The position numbers and the translations under genes are program-made. A model generated the notes under the pieces. It did no database searches and had not been told where the DNA came from. It saw nothing but the letters and a program-made list of their open reading frames with translations. Source: Candidatus Dormiibacterota bacterium (lineage in GTDB: Bacteria > Chloroflexota > Dormibacteria > Aeolococcales > Aeolococcaceae). Taken from it: DNA of 64,000 nt. Below, piece by piece: positions 31,543 to 41,549 of this stretch. Where the stretch lies: positions 1,248,001-1,312,000 of the forward strand of contig OY970355.1 in the NCBI GenBank assembly GCA_963718525.1. The letters are read 5' to 3'. Each line of letters starts with the position of its first letter. The first letter of the stretch is position 1.

Positions 31543-32114
31543 TGCGTCTGCCACGGTGTCTCCATGCGGTCGGCGAGGGTCGTTCGCAACTTGTCGAGGG
31601 CGATACGGACCCGCCCCTTCACGGTGCCGAGCGGCACCTCCATCGCCTTGGCGATCTCGGACTGGGAGTAGCCGCCGTAGTAGGCGAGCTCGATGGTCTG
31701 ACGCTGTTCGGCAGGCAGCTCTGCAAGCGCTTTGCGGACTTCCTCGCCACTCAGCTCGATGGCGACCGCCACCCAGGGATCGGTCACCGCGGGCTCGATC
31801 AACTCGTCCTCGATCGGCGTGTCGAGCCGGGTCCGGTGTCGATCACCTCGCAAACGGTCGATGGCGCGGTTCCGGACGATGGTGCAGACCCATGAACGAA
31901 GGGATCCCCGACCCGGTTGGAACGTCGAACCTCGCCGCCACACCGTGAGGAAGGACTCCTGGACGACGTCCTCCGCCGCGCCTCGGTCACTGAGAATGCG
32001 CAGCGCGACCGTGTGTGCGAGGCCACCATATCGGTCGTACAAGGCTTCGATCCCCTCGGGCGAGTGGGCAGAGATCGAGCGGACGATGTCGTCGTCACTA
32101 AGGTGCAATCTCAT
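31539..32114 (-). CDS. ECF sigma factor (SigK-like)
   Basis: LYDRYG, AEDVVQE.F, RNRAIDRLR, LAYYGGYSQSEIA, PLGTVKGR. Confidence 0.92.
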   Translation of the reverse strand: MRLHLSDDDIVRSISAHSPEGIEALYDRYGGLAHTVALRILSDRGAAEDVVQESFLTVWRRGSTFQPGRGSLRSWVCTIVRNRAIDRLRGDRHRTRLDTPIEDELIEPAVTDPWVAVAIELSGEEVRKALAELPAEQRQTIELAYYGGYSQSEIAKAMEVPLGTVKGRVRIALDKLRTTLADRMETPWQTQ

Positions 32115-32150
32115 GCTCCGACTCGCGCTCGGGGGTTGGGCACCTCTTGG

Positions 32151-32176
32151 TACGAGCGCAGAGGGTGAGCGGATCA
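32151..32176 (-). promoter_or_regulatory. Putative SigK-type autoregulatory promoter
   Basis: TGATCC-N15-TCGTA upstream of the SigK-like gene, resembling known ATCC-N15-CG(A/T)A SigK-class promoters. Confidence 0.55.
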
Positions 32177-32219
32177 CCCGCCGACGCGCCCGCTGGGTGC
32201 GGGACCAAGCGGCGTGGTC

Positions 32220-33641
32220 CTATGAGACCTTGACGCGACTGCCGCGAACCCGCGCAGCGGTGGACTGCAGCAGCACCGGCTCGTCCGGCTGTTCGACGAC
32301 GATGGCGGCAGGCGACGGTCTGAGGCTGGTGGCCGCAGGACCCTCGAAGACCACCTTGACGGCGCCGGCGGCAGTGCCCGCCTGGGCGATCGCAAGCGCC
32401 GCCGTGTACTCATCCAGCGGGAAGCGATGGGTCACCACGCCGTCGACCGGGAAGCTCGAATCGCTCAACCACTCACGAATGGTGCCGAAGGTGCGCTTAC
32501 CGTCCGGTTCGCGGCCGTACGAGGCGGCGCCGCGAACCGTGAGCTCTCTGGCCCAGATGAGCGACCACTCGATCTCGTGCCGTCCCGACCGCCCGCAGAG
32601 CACCAGCGTGCCTCCTGCGCGGAGCAGTCGCACCGCGAGGTCGATGCTCAGCTCGGATGCGCGACAGTCGAACACCACGTCAACTCCACCGTCGAGGACC
32701 GGGAGACCGCCACCGGCCGGTCGCATCAGGCGCGCTTCCATGTGCTCGGCGGTCTTCTGAAGCATCTGCTCGGACGACCCGTGCCAGACGCGATTGGCGC
32801 CGATCGATCGGATCGCCATGAACGCTGCGTTGGGATCCCCGCTGAGCGGACCGCTCTCGCGATGGCGCCGTCCCATGCGAGGGCGGGTCGTGTTCCGAGC
32901 GTCGTGGAGCACGATGATGTCGAGGTCGGGGTGCAGCCGCCGGAGCGTTGCCACGATCAGCCGGCTCAGCGCGCCCGATCCGATGACGACCGCGGTGTCG
33001 CCACGACGCGTCCATCGGAGGACCGCGTGAAGCGCTGTCGCCGTCGGCTCGGCGAGGACGCCACGCTGGTCGGAGATGCCGTCCGCGGGGACGAGCATGT
33101 CCTCGTGCACCAGGAAGCCCTCACTCCAGCCGCCACCCGCCTTCTCGCTCGAACCGACCGACCGGCCGGAGCACAGCGACCCGCCGCGATCGGCGTTCTC
33201 GCAGAGATGCGTATCGCCTGAACGGCAGCGGCGGCACTCGGCCAGGCCCTTGTGGGCGCACCGCAGGGTCGGTTCCACGAGGACGCGATCCCCTTCGCGG
33301 GCCCATCGCGTGGAGGAGGCGCGCTCAACGACCCCGACCACCTCGTGGCCGGGAATGAACGAGCCCGCCGCGGCGTAGGCGGTGAGGACGTTCGGCACCG
33401 GGTCGCGGTGCACGAGAGCGAGGTCGGTGCCGCAGATGCCCGCGAGCGCCGGACGGATCAGCACCCAGCCAGGACCCGGGGGAACCGGGGTCCGGACGTC
33501 GCGGACCTCGACCGGCAGCGACGAACCCTGTTGCACGCGACGCCGCCGGCCACGGCCCCGACGACCGGAACCGGTATCGATCAGGCTCAGATCGACGACT
33601 AGCGCCCGCATCGGGCGTGCCAAAGGGCGGAATGGCCGCAA
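32220..33641 (-). CDS. Zinc-binding alcohol dehydrogenase family protein
   Basis: GICGTD, GHEVVG, C...C..C...C zinc site, LAEP, THRFPL; contains Arg-rich insertions. Confidence 0.85.
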   Translation of the reverse strand: MRPFRPLARPMRALVVDLSLIDTGSGRRGRGRRRRVQQGSSLPVEVRDVRTPVPPGPGWVLIRPALAGICGTDLALVHRDPVPNVLTAYAAAGSFIPGHEVVGVVERASSTRWAREGDRVLVEPTLRCAHKGLAECRRCRSGDTHLCENADRGGSLCSGRSVGSSEKAGGGWSEGFLVHEDMLVPADGISDQRGVLAEPTATALHAVLRWTRRGDTAVVIGSGALSRLIVATLRRLHPDLDIIVLHDARNTTRPRMGRRHRESGPLSGDPNAAFMAIRSIGANRVWHGSSEQMLQKTAEHMEARLMRPAGGGLPVLDGGVDVVFDCRASELSIDLAVRLLRAGGTLVLCGRSGRHEIEWSLIWARELTVRGAASYGREPDGKRTFGTIREWLSDSSFPVDGVVTHRFPLDEYTAALAIAQAGTAAGAVKVVFEGPAATSLRPSPAAIVVEQPDEPVLLQSTAARVRGSRVKVS

Positions 33642-33728
33642 AGAAGCGCGGCAGTGAACTCTCTCATCGCCTCAAGTTGTGAGGATACCGTTTGATCAGG
33701 CTTGCGGTGCAGCATTGACAATGGTCGG

Positions 33729-34859
33729 ATGACGGACCAGCCGCCGCCCCCGAGCCCACCCCCCGCAGAACTGGGCGCCTCGCAACCCGGTTGGGGGTCG
33801 CCGCCGGGAGGTTGGGGCTCTCCGCCGCCCGGCTGGGGCGGGCCGCCCCCGGGCTGGGGCGCCCAACCGCCGGCCTGGGGATCTCAGTCGCCTGGATGGG
33901 GACCGCCACAGCCGGGCTGGAACCCGGGGCTGATCCCGTCGCAGGTGGGATCGGGACGGTTCCGGTCGATGTCGGTGGGCGAATGGCTCGACGCCACCTT
34001 CACGATGTATCGGCGCAACTTCGCGCTGATCGCCTCGATCAGCGCGGTGGTGCAGATCCCCTACGCGCTGCTCACCTGGCTGCTGTTCGGACTCACTGGA
34101 ATCTCGGCGTTCGTACGCTCGCCGTTCGCTTCGATCAACGCGCAGACCATCACCCCGGCGCAGACCCAGCACCTCCTCAACTCGTACGTCGGGCTGCTCG
34201 CTGTCACCCTCGGCTTGCTCCTGGTCAGCCTCCTGGTGATCGTGCCTCTGGGCGAGGCCGCGACGACGAGAGCGGTGAGCGACCGGTACCTGGATCGCAA
34301 GAGTTCGCTGCTCTCCGCATATCGCGCAGCCTGGAGCCGCCTTGGTGCGCTGATCACCATGATCCTCATTCTCATCGGTGCCTACCTGGGTTCGATCGCC
34401 GTGGTGGTGGCGCTCGTGCTGCTCCTCGGCGCGGTCGGCGCCGGCGGTCTCGGGGGGTTGATCGCACTCGTCGGGTTCATCGCGCTCATACCGGTGCTGG
34501 TCATCGTCTACGTGCGAACGGTTGTCGCCGTCCCCGCGATCGTGCTCGAGCACGCGTCCGGCTGGCACGGCCTGCAGCGCAGCTGGCGATTGGTCAGCGG
34601 TCGCTTCTGGCCGACGTTCGGACGGATGCTCCTGCTTGCGCTGATCGCATCGATCATCTCCTCGGTCGTCGCAGCGATCTTCGAGGTTCCAGGTTCAATC
34701 CTCGACCCCGGCAACGCGTTCGTCTTCGACCAGGTGGCGAGCGCGATCGCGGCTGTGTTCGTCGGCCCGATCACGTATATCGGCGTGACCCTCCTGTACT
34801 ACGACCTCCGCATCCGCAAGGAAGGGTTCGACATCGAGATGCTCGCGCAGTCGCTGTGA
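33729..34859 (+). CDS. Membrane protein (glycerophosphodiesterase membrane-domain-like) with PPGWG-repeat N-terminus
   Basis: SVGEWLDATF.MYRRNF, PAIVLE, RSWRLV, LYYDLRIRKEG.D. Confidence 0.8.
   Translation: MTDQPPPPSPPPAELGASQPGWGSPPGGWGSPPPGWGGPPPGWGAQPPAWGSQSPGWGPPQPGWNPGLIPSQVGSGRFRSMSVGEWLDATFTMYRRNFALIASISAVVQIPYALLTWLLFGLTGISAFVRSPFASINAQTITPAQTQHLLNSYVGLLAVTLGLLLVSLLVIVPLGEAATTRAVSDRYLDRKSSLLSAYRAAWSRLGALITMILILIGAYLGSIAVVVALVLLLGAVGAGGLGGLIALVGFIALIPVLVIVYVRTVVAVPAIVLEHASGWHGLQRSWRLVSGRFWPTFGRMLLLALIASIISSVVAAIFEVPGSILDPGNAFVFDQVASAIAAVFVGPITYIGVTLLYYDLRIRKEGFDIEMLAQSL
33783..33929 (+). repeat. Seven degenerate 21-bp coding repeats (xxGWGxx)
   Basis: QPGWGSP PGGWGSP PPGWGGP PPGWGAQ PPAWGSQ SPGWGPP QPGWNPG. 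Confidence 0.8.
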
Positions 34860-35797
34860 GGCGCGCGCTCGCTGCGGTCGCCATCTGCGCGGCGCTGGTG
34901 ACGACAGCGGTCGGCGTAGCGGTGCCGGCGGTGGCGGCAGGGCCGTGCGTGACCCTCGAGTTCATCGGGCTGCTCGGGCGTGCGGACAACGCGCTGACCG
35001 CTGCTCCCGCGCAGGCGCCCCCAGCGCTGACAGCGGTGATCCAGGCTGAGGATCTCGCGCCGTCGTCAAGCTCGGAGCTCGCCCCGGTCATCGCCGAGCT
35101 CACGGCGTCGCCACCAGACGTCATCGGCGCCAGGCAGCGAGTCGATCTCATGGTCGGGACCCTCGCGTTGCCGGCTGGGTCAGCGTGCAACGTCGACTCC
35201 CAGGTGGCCCAGAACCTGCTGCACCAGGTGTACGCCTCGTCTGTTTTCGCCGATCTCGACCAGAACCAGCCGCCGTCGATCTTTGAGCGCATCGGTGCGG
35301 CGATCAACTGGATCCTCTCGCATCTCTTCGGGCTGCTCGGACAGGGAGGTTCGATCCTCGTCGGGTTGCTCGTTCTCGCCGCCATCGTTGCGTTCGTCAT
35401 CTACCGGCTGCGCGGCGTCATCGGTGGCCGGCGCGCTGCCTTGACGGAGGAACCCGCCACCGCCGGCGACGACCCGGAGCGCGAGTGGCAGCTCGAACTC
35501 GCGGCGGCGCAGCGCGGCGACTATCGCGAGGCGATTCGACGCGTGTTCCGCTCCGCGCTGCTCGATGTCGGCGATCGTCGCGCCCATCTCGATCGCGCCT
35601 GGACCACGCGCGAGATGCTCGCCACCCTCTCGGCTGATGCGGACCTGCTCGCGGCGGTCGCGCCCGCTGCCGCGTCGTTCGACAAGGCCTGGTATGGCGG
35701 GGCCACAGTCGGTTCCCCGGACTGGGAGATCGCTCGGGTCAGGTGCGAGGCGGTGCGGCGCGTTGCGCGGCACGCCGCGGGGAAGCAGAACGGATGA
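34856..35797 (+). CDS. DUF4129-domain membrane protein
   Basis: A..GDYREAIR..F...L, TTRE, FDKAWYG; context of the MoxR cluster. Confidence 0.75.
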   Translation: MRRALAAVAICAALVTTAVGVAVPAVAAGPCVTLEFIGLLGRADNALTAAPAQAPPALTAVIQAEDLAPSSSSELAPVIAELTASPPDVIGARQRVDLMVGTLALPAGSACNVDSQVAQNLLHQVYASSVFADLDQNQPPSIFERIGAAINWILSHLFGLLGQGGSILVGLLVLAAIVAFVIYRLRGVIGGRRAALTEEPATAGDDPEREWQLELAAAQRGDYREAIRRVFRSALLDVGDRRAHLDRAWTTREMLATLSADADLLAAVAPAAASFDKAWYGGATVGSPDWEIARVRCEAVRRVARHAAGKQNG

Positions 35798-36945
35798 GCA
35801 GACCGCCGCTCTCAGCCATGCTCACGCTGATCGCTGCGCTGGCGATTCTTGCGGTCGTCGCCATCAGCACCGCCATCCCTCCCAACGACCAGCTCAACCC
35901 GTCATCGCGATCGGCGGGAAGCCTGGGGACTCTCGCGCTGTACACGTGGTTCTCGGACCTCGGGCTCGACGTGGGAAGGATCAGCACCACCTTTGATGTC
36001 AGCGGCAGCGACGTGGTGCTCTGCTACGACCCGACGGTCGCGCTCACCAACACCGACGTCGCATCGCTGATGACGTTCCTGCAGTCCGGTGGCGATCTCG
36101 TACTCGTGGTCACACCCGACAGCCTGGCCGCCGCGGCGCCCTTGCTCAACAAGCTCGAGGTCAACCCGTCCGCGTCGATCGGAGCCGGCACTGCGATGGT
36201 CGCGCTCCCGTTCGACAGCACCGATCGCGTCCACGCGGTGCCGGTCGGGAACGGATTGACGCTCGCCGACCAGGCGCCGCTGGTTCCGATGCTGGTGGAG
36301 CGGAACGGGGTTGTCGCCGGGATGGTGCGAGTCGGCGCCGGTCGCGCTTACGTCCTCGGCGACACCGAGCCGCTCTCCAACGACGGGCTGCGTCACGGCA
36401 ACTCCTCATTTCTCGCGCTCAGCCTGCTGCAACGCGCTCGCGGTGGCCGGATCAGCTTTGACGAGTATCACCATGGCGAGGGCGCCCAGACCAACGGCGC
36501 CGGCGCGATCTTCGACGGCCCGGTCGGACTGGCCGCGCTGTTGATCGCCGGGGTCGTGTTGCTGGCCATCGCGTTGAACGGTCGCCGCCTCGGGAAGCCT
36601 GTCCAGGATCGCGGCGAAGCTGCTGTGCCGAGCGCGACGGCGTACGTCACCGCGATGGGACAGCTCTTCGCTCGCAGCCGTCAACGCGGACCGATCGCGG
36701 CGCGCTATGCGGATGAGCTGAAGCGACGGATCGGCGCCGCCACCGGCGTGGACTCGCACCTCGACGACGACGCCTTCACTGCCGCCATCTCCGTGACCAA
36801 CGCACAGTCGGCGCCGGCGCTGGCTTCACTGCTGGCCCATGCTCGCAGGCTGGCATCGGGGCGACCCGAGGAGAGCGAGTTGCTGCGACTCGCCCGCGAT
36901 GTCGACGCCTGCGAACGCCAGTGGAGCGGTGCTCCAGTTGGCTGA
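35794..36945 (+). CDS. DUF4350-domain protein
   Basis: G..ALY.W, FL.SGG.LV, FDEYHHG, RRLGKP, YV.AMG.LF. Confidence 0.78.
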   Translation: MSRPPLSAMLTLIAALAILAVVAISTAIPPNDQLNPSSRSAGSLGTLALYTWFSDLGLDVGRISTTFDVSGSDVVLCYDPTVALTNTDVASLMTFLQSGGDLVLVVTPDSLAAAAPLLNKLEVNPSASIGAGTAMVALPFDSTDRVHAVPVGNGLTLADQAPLVPMLVERNGVVAGMVRVGAGRAYVLGDTEPLSNDGLRHGNSSFLALSLLQRARGGRISFDEYHHGEGAQTNGAGAIFDGPVGLAALLIAGVVLLAIALNGRRLGKPVQDRGEAAVPSATAYVTAMGQLFARSRQRGPIAARYADELKRRIGAATGVDSHLDDDAFTAAISVTNAQSAPALASLLAHARRLASGRPEESELLRLARDVDACERQWSGAPVG

Positions 36946-36967
36946 TCACGAGCGCGGGCAGGGCACA

Positions 36968-37936
36968 ATGCCTCCCGTGGCAACTCAGACCGACGCCGCC
37001 GTTCTGCGCGCGGCCCTGCACGAGACCATGGGTCGTGCCGTCGTCGGTCAGATCCAGGTCATCGACGGGCTGTACATCGCGGTCCTCTGTGGCGGGCACG
37101 TTCTCCTGGAAGGAGTGCCCGGAACCGCCAAGACGCTCATGGCTCGAACCCTGGCTGCAGCCCTGGACGCCCGATTCACGCGCATCCAGTTCACCCCCGA
37201 CCTGCTCCCTTCCGACATCGTCGGGACCAGCGTCTACCGACCAGGCTCTGGCACCTTCGAGTTCCGCGAGGGGCCGATCTTCACCGACACCCTGCTCGCG
37301 GACGAGATCAACCGCGCGCCGGCGAAGACTCAGTCGGCATTGCTTGAGGCGATGGAGGAGCGCCAGGTCACGTCCGACGGGGAGAGTCGCGCGCTCGGCG
37401 ATCGCTTTCTCGTGGTGGCCACCCAGAACCCCGTGGAGTACGAGGGCACGTATCCGCTCCCCGAAGCGCAGCTCGACAGATTCTTCTTCAAGCTCGAGGT
37501 GGGCGTTCCCGAACCGGCGACCGAGATCGTGATGCTTCGGCGCGTCGACAGTGGTTTCAACGCCCACGACCTCGTCGCCGCCGGGGTGACCTCGATCATC
37601 GACGGCGGTACGCTCGCGAGAGTTCGCGCGGACGTCGCCGCGGTGCGGGTGTCCGATGAGGTGCTCGGCTACATCTCGGCAATCGTCACGGCCACTCGCA
37701 CGAGTCCGGATCTCTCGCTTGGAGCCAGTCCGCGAGGATCGATCGCGCTGCTCCAGGCGGGCAAGGCGATGGCTGCCATCCAGGGACGCGATTACGTCGT
37801 TCCCGACGACATCAAGGACGTCTGCATCCCCGCGCTCCGGCACCGGATGATTCGCCGCCCCGAGGCGGAGATCCAGGGCGTGTCCGAGGTTGCGGCAGTG
37901 CAGCGAGCCGTGGGAAGGGTCCCGGTCCCCAGGTGA
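36968..37936 (+). CDS. MoxR-family AAA+ ATPase
   Basis: HVLLEGVPGTAKT, RIQFTPDLLPSD, DEINRAP.KTQSALLEAM, LPEAQLDRF, SPRG. Confidence 0.95.
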   Translation: MPPVATQTDAAVLRAALHETMGRAVVGQIQVIDGLYIAVLCGGHVLLEGVPGTAKTLMARTLAAALDARFTRIQFTPDLLPSDIVGTSVYRPGSGTFEFREGPIFTDTLLADEINRAPAKTQSALLEAMEERQVTSDGESRALGDRFLVVATQNPVEYEGTYPLPEAQLDRFFFKLEVGVPEPATEIVMLRRVDSGFNAHDLVAAGVTSIIDGGTLARVRADVAAVRVSDEVLGYISAIVTATRTSPDLSLGASPRGSIALLQAGKAMAAIQGRDYVVPDDIKDVCIPALRHRMIRRPEAEIQGVSEVAAVQRAVGRVPVPR

Positions 37937-37946
37937 CCGCGGCGCG

Positions 37947-39236
37947 ATGACGTGGCGTGGCGCCGGTCTCCTCCTGGCGCCGGTCGCGATCATGGCCGCC
38001 GGTGCGGCCGTGCCCGGTCTGTTCATCGCGGGGCTTGTGCTGCTCGCGGCAAGCGTGATCGCCATCGTGGTCGATTCGCGCCGCGCGGCGGGGAAGTCAG
38101 CACTTCGGCTCGACCGCGTGTGCAATGACCTGCTTTCCGTCGGAGTCGCCAACCGCGTGGCGCTCGAGGTCACGGCCCGCTCGGCCGGGGCGGTCGCGAT
38201 CGTTCACGAGCGCGTCCATCCCAGCCTGCATCCGTCGCGCAGCCGATGGAACGTCCGGCTTCCTGCCAGCCTCGAGTACACCGTCACCCCGGTGGCCCGG
38301 GGCGATGTCGTGCTGGGGCCTGCGGTTGTTCGCGTCACCGGCCCGTGGGGAATCGGCTGGCGGCAGACCACCGTCGAGGCGGTTCGCCCGGTGCGAGTGG
38401 ATCCGAACCTGGCGGCCATCGACGTGTACGAGGCGCTGGCGCGCCGCGGTCAGCTCGCCGAGCTGGGGCTTCGCACCATGCGATTGCGCACCGAAGGTAG
38501 CGAATTCGAAAGGGTGCGCGAGGCCTTCCCCGACGATCCGCTTCGCTCCATCAACTGGCGAGCCACGGCGCGGACCGGGCGTCTGATGGCCACCGAGCTG
38601 ATCCCCGAGCGAGCCCAACCGCTGGTGATCTGCCTCGACCACGGCCGGCTGATGGGCATCGGTGCAGGCGAGCTCACCAAGCTGGACCACGCCATCAACG
38701 CTGCCCTCCTCCTCGTCCACGTCGCGCTCCGCAGTGGCGACCGTGCAGGCATGCTCTCGTTCTCCGACACGGTGACCGGGACGCTCCCGCCGCGCGCCGG
38801 CACCGCTCAGCTGCGGCGCTTTCTCGACGCCACACGCCCGATCAAGCCCGGCGAGACCGAGGCCGACTACGACGACGCGCTGGGATATTTCAGCAGGTGG
38901 CAGACGCGGCGATCGCTCGTGGTCATCTTCACCGACGTGCTCGATCCCGACCAGGGGAAAGCGTTGATCCGCCAGTGCGTGCGCCTGCGCAGGCGCCATC
39001 TCCCGTTGGTGGTCACGGTCCGCGACCCAGCGCTCGACCACGCGGCGAATGCCGTGCCGCGCACCGGTGACGACGCGTACGCCCGCGCCGTGGCAGGCGG
39101 ACTCATCGCGGATCGCGACGACACTCTGCGCCTGCTGCGCAGCTCGGGCGTCGAGACCATCGACGCTGACGCGCGAACGCTGTCACCCCGGCTCGTGAAT
39201 CGCTATCTCGACCTCAAACGGCGAGCGCGCCTGTGA
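37947..39236 (+). CDS. DUF58 (VWA-like) protein
   Basis: G.EFERVRE, D..R.INWRATAR, LD.GRLM, RRSLVVIFTD. Confidence 0.9.
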   Translation: MTWRGAGLLLAPVAIMAAGAAVPGLFIAGLVLLAASVIAIVVDSRRAAGKSALRLDRVCNDLLSVGVANRVALEVTARSAGAVAIVHERVHPSLHPSRSRWNVRLPASLEYTVTPVARGDVVLGPAVVRVTGPWGIGWRQTTVEAVRPVRVDPNLAAIDVYEALARRGQLAELGLRTMRLRTEGSEFERVREAFPDDPLRSINWRATARTGRLMATELIPERAQPLVICLDHGRLMGIGAGELTKLDHAINAALLLVHVALRSGDRAGMLSFSDTVTGTLPPRAGTAQLRRFLDATRPIKPGETEADYDDALGYFSRWQTRRSLVVIFTDVLDPDQGKALIRQCVRLRRRHLPLVVTVRDPALDHAANAVPRTGDDAYARAVAGGLIADRDDTLRLLRSSGVETIDADARTLSPRLVNRYLDLKRRARL

Positions 39237-39261
39237 CTCAGGCGGCGCTCGCCGGAGCGGC

Positions 39262-39918
39262 TCAGCGGCTCGTGCCTGCGAAGTTCCGCCGTGTGGCCGG
39301 GTCGAGCAGCATTGCGTACAGGACGATGACCTTGCCGGCGAGGAAAACAATAAGACCAACGGTCCAGAAGCCCGCGCCATGAGTCAAACCGTCAATGACA
39401 TAGAGAAGGCTCAAGATGTCGAGCACGATGATCAGCCAGCGGGCAACGTTGGACGGACGCCCGACGATGATTCCGAGGAAGAGGTCGATCACACCCGTGA
39501 TGATGAAATACACAGCAACAGCAAATAGAAATGCAGCAAGCACGTTGAGTACACCGTTTCCGATTTGACCCAGTGCCTGGTCGTATCCAGGAAGCGATGC
39601 GATGCGGGCGCGTCCGCCAACCAGGAACAGGACACCGAGCGCAGCGAAGCCGACGCCGATGAGAATTCGCGCGATTGCAAACACGATCATGATGATTTGG
39701 GCGATCGTCAGCCAGAAGGTTCGCTTGTGCACCTTGACCACGACCGGCTGCGGCATCGCTTGCGAGACGTACGGCTGAGCCGGCATCTGGCCTGCGTACG
39801 CGCCGCCGGGAGAATACGGTCCCTGCGGTGGCCCGGCGGCCGGGGGTCCAGCCGGCGGTCCGACGCCCGGCGGCTGTGGGGGTAGATTCCCTGGTGGCTG
39901 AGGCGGCAGTGCTGCCAC
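39262..39918 (-). CDS. Hypothetical membrane protein with Pro-rich N-terminus
   Basis: GGAGGAG RBS before GTG 39918; PQPPG repeats followed by four TM helices. Confidence 0.65.
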   Translation of the reverse strand: MAALPPQPPGNLPPQPPGVGPPAGPPAAGPPQGPYSPGGAYAGQMPAQPYVSQAMPQPVVVKVHKRTFWLTIAQIIMIVFAIARILIGVGFAALGVLFLVGGRARIASLPGYDQALGQIGNGVLNVLAAFLFAVAVYFIITGVIDLFLGIIVGRPSNVARWLIIVLDILSLLYVIDGLTHGAGFWTVGLIVFLAGKVIVLYAMLLDPATRRNFAGTSR

Positions 39919-39971
39919 GGTTGGTCTCCTCCTCGTGATGCCCTCCCGTCCGGGGAGACGGTGGCCGGATT

Positions 39972-40604
39972 CTAGACTTTGCGGACCACGAATGTGCTCG
40001 CTATCTTGTCGTGCCAGCCCTGCTTCCGAGGGTCGAAGGCGACCCAGATGAGACCGATGTACAGCGGCACGGCGCTGATGATGTAACCGACAAACCGGCC
40101 GATGGCACGGCCGACGCCGATGTTCCGGCCGGTGGCCGCGTCGACGACATGCAGACCGAGCATTCGCTGACCGAGCGTCCCGCCGAATTGAGACCAGAGA
40201 ATCACGAAGTAGAGGAGCTCGACCCCCAATGAGATCAATTCGAAGTACGTGATGGAGGAGCTGGGGAAGAGGCCCTGGCACGTGATGGCGAGCGACCCGG
40301 ACGCGGTGGCGCTGTTCACGCAGTTGACGTAGGTGCTTATCGCCGAGCTTTCAAGAACAAAGAACAGGATCGCGATCGGCACGACGACGATGATCGAGTC
40401 GATGATCGTGGCGACGAAGCGGATCCAGAAACCCGCGTACCCGATACCAGGCGCGGGGCCAGGATGCAGGTTTGGGTAGTAGGGCGTCGCCGGGTACATC
40501 GGGGCCGCTGCCGGGTACATTGGAGGCGGCGCCGGGGGAGCTTGCCCCCCATCCCATTGACCGGGCGCTTGAGGCGGCGGGAGCGGCGGCCCTCCTGCGG
40601 TCAT
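39972..40604 (-). CDS. RDD-family membrane protein
   Basis: YAGFWIRFVA.IID, TLGQ..LGL.VV, KQGWHDKIAST.VV. Confidence 0.92.
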   Translation of the reverse strand: MTAGGPPLPPPQAPGQWDGGQAPPAPPPMYPAAAPMYPATPYYPNLHPGPAPGIGYAGFWIRFVATIIDSIIVVVPIAILFFVLESSAISTYVNCVNSATASGSLAITCQGLFPSSSITYFELISLGVELLYFVILWSQFGGTLGQRMLGLHVVDAATGRNIGVGRAIGRFVGYIISAVPLYIGLIWVAFDPRKQGWHDKIASTFVVRKV

Positions 40605-40660
40605 CGCCCGGACACTAGCAGTCTTCCGTGGTTTGTGACCCTTGCAGCCAAAACGTCACC

Positions 40661-41539
40661 TCACGCGGTTTCGGGCATCGCCTCCATCGCGGCGATGACG
40701 GCGCGCGTGATCTGCGTCGGCGTCGACGCACCCGACGTGACTCCAACTCGTCGAACGCCTCGGAACCACGCCGGGTCGAGGTCGGCGGCCGTGTCGACGA
40801 GATATGCGGGCCGGTGACCCTTCTCCCGGACCACCTGCACGAGTCGCTGACTGTTGCTGCTGCGTTCGCTGCCGACGACCACCACGCAATCAACGTCATC
40901 CGCGGCGAGCACCGCGGCCTCCTGCCGTTCCTGCGTTGCGCGGCATATCTCGTTGTGGACCTCGATGGTGGGAAACCGCTCGACGAGACGCTCGATGATC
41001 GCCTGGGTATCCCACATGCTCAGGGTGGTCTGGCATGTGACCGCCAGGGGCCTTGCGTCGGGCAGATCGAGGGTATCGACCTCCGCGATGCTCTCGATCA
41101 GCGTGGTGTGCTCCGGTGCGATGCCGAGCACACCGGAGGGCTCGGGATGACCGCGTTTGCCGATGTAGATCACGTGATGCCCGCTGGCCACGAGCTCCCG
41201 CACGAGATCGTGTGTCCGGGTGACGTCGCTGCAGGTGGCATCGACGAGGTTGAGCCCACGCGCACGCGCAGCCTCGACGACCGCCGGCGAGATCCCGTGC
41301 GCGGTGAAGATGACAGTCCCTTCGGTGACCTGCTCGAGCGCCTTCATGCGGTCGGGTTCGGCAACGAGCGCGACGCCGGATTCCTCGAGCTCGCGGGTCA
41401 CGTGCTCGTTGTGCACGAGATAGCCGAGCATGGTCACGGGTTCGCTGCCCGCGCGAGCTGCGCCTTCACGTTTTGCGATCCGTATCGCTTCGACAACGCC
41501 GTGACAATAGCCACGCGGGGTGATCCGGACGACGTCCAT
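40661..41539 (-). CDS. ispH: 4-hydroxy-3-methylbut-2-enyl diphosphate reductase
   Basis: RGYCHGV, VHN, AHG, DATC, GHPE, QTTLS, ICRATQERQ, SSNS.RL, TSGASTP. Confidence 0.96.
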   Translation of the reverse strand: MDVVRITPRGYCHGVVEAIRIAKREGAARAGSEPVTMLGYLVHNEHVTRELEESGVALVAEPDRMKALEQVTEGTVIFTAHGISPAVVEAARARGLNLVDATCSDVTRTHDLVRELVASGHHVIYIGKRGHPEPSGVLGIAPEHTTLIESIAEVDTLDLPDARPLAVTCQTTLSMWDTQAIIERLVERFPTIEVHNEICRATQERQEAAVLAADDVDCVVVVGSERSSNSQRLVQVVREKGHRPAYLVDTAADLDPAWFRGVRRVGVTSGASTPTQITRAVIAAMEAMPETA

Positions 41540-41549
41540 CGACTCCAGT

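Noticed and set aside
33783-33929. Possible CRISPR or non-coding tandem array
   Set aside because: The units are degenerate at synonymous positions, in frame and have no spacers. No cas genes or repeat-spacer arrays were seen in the window.
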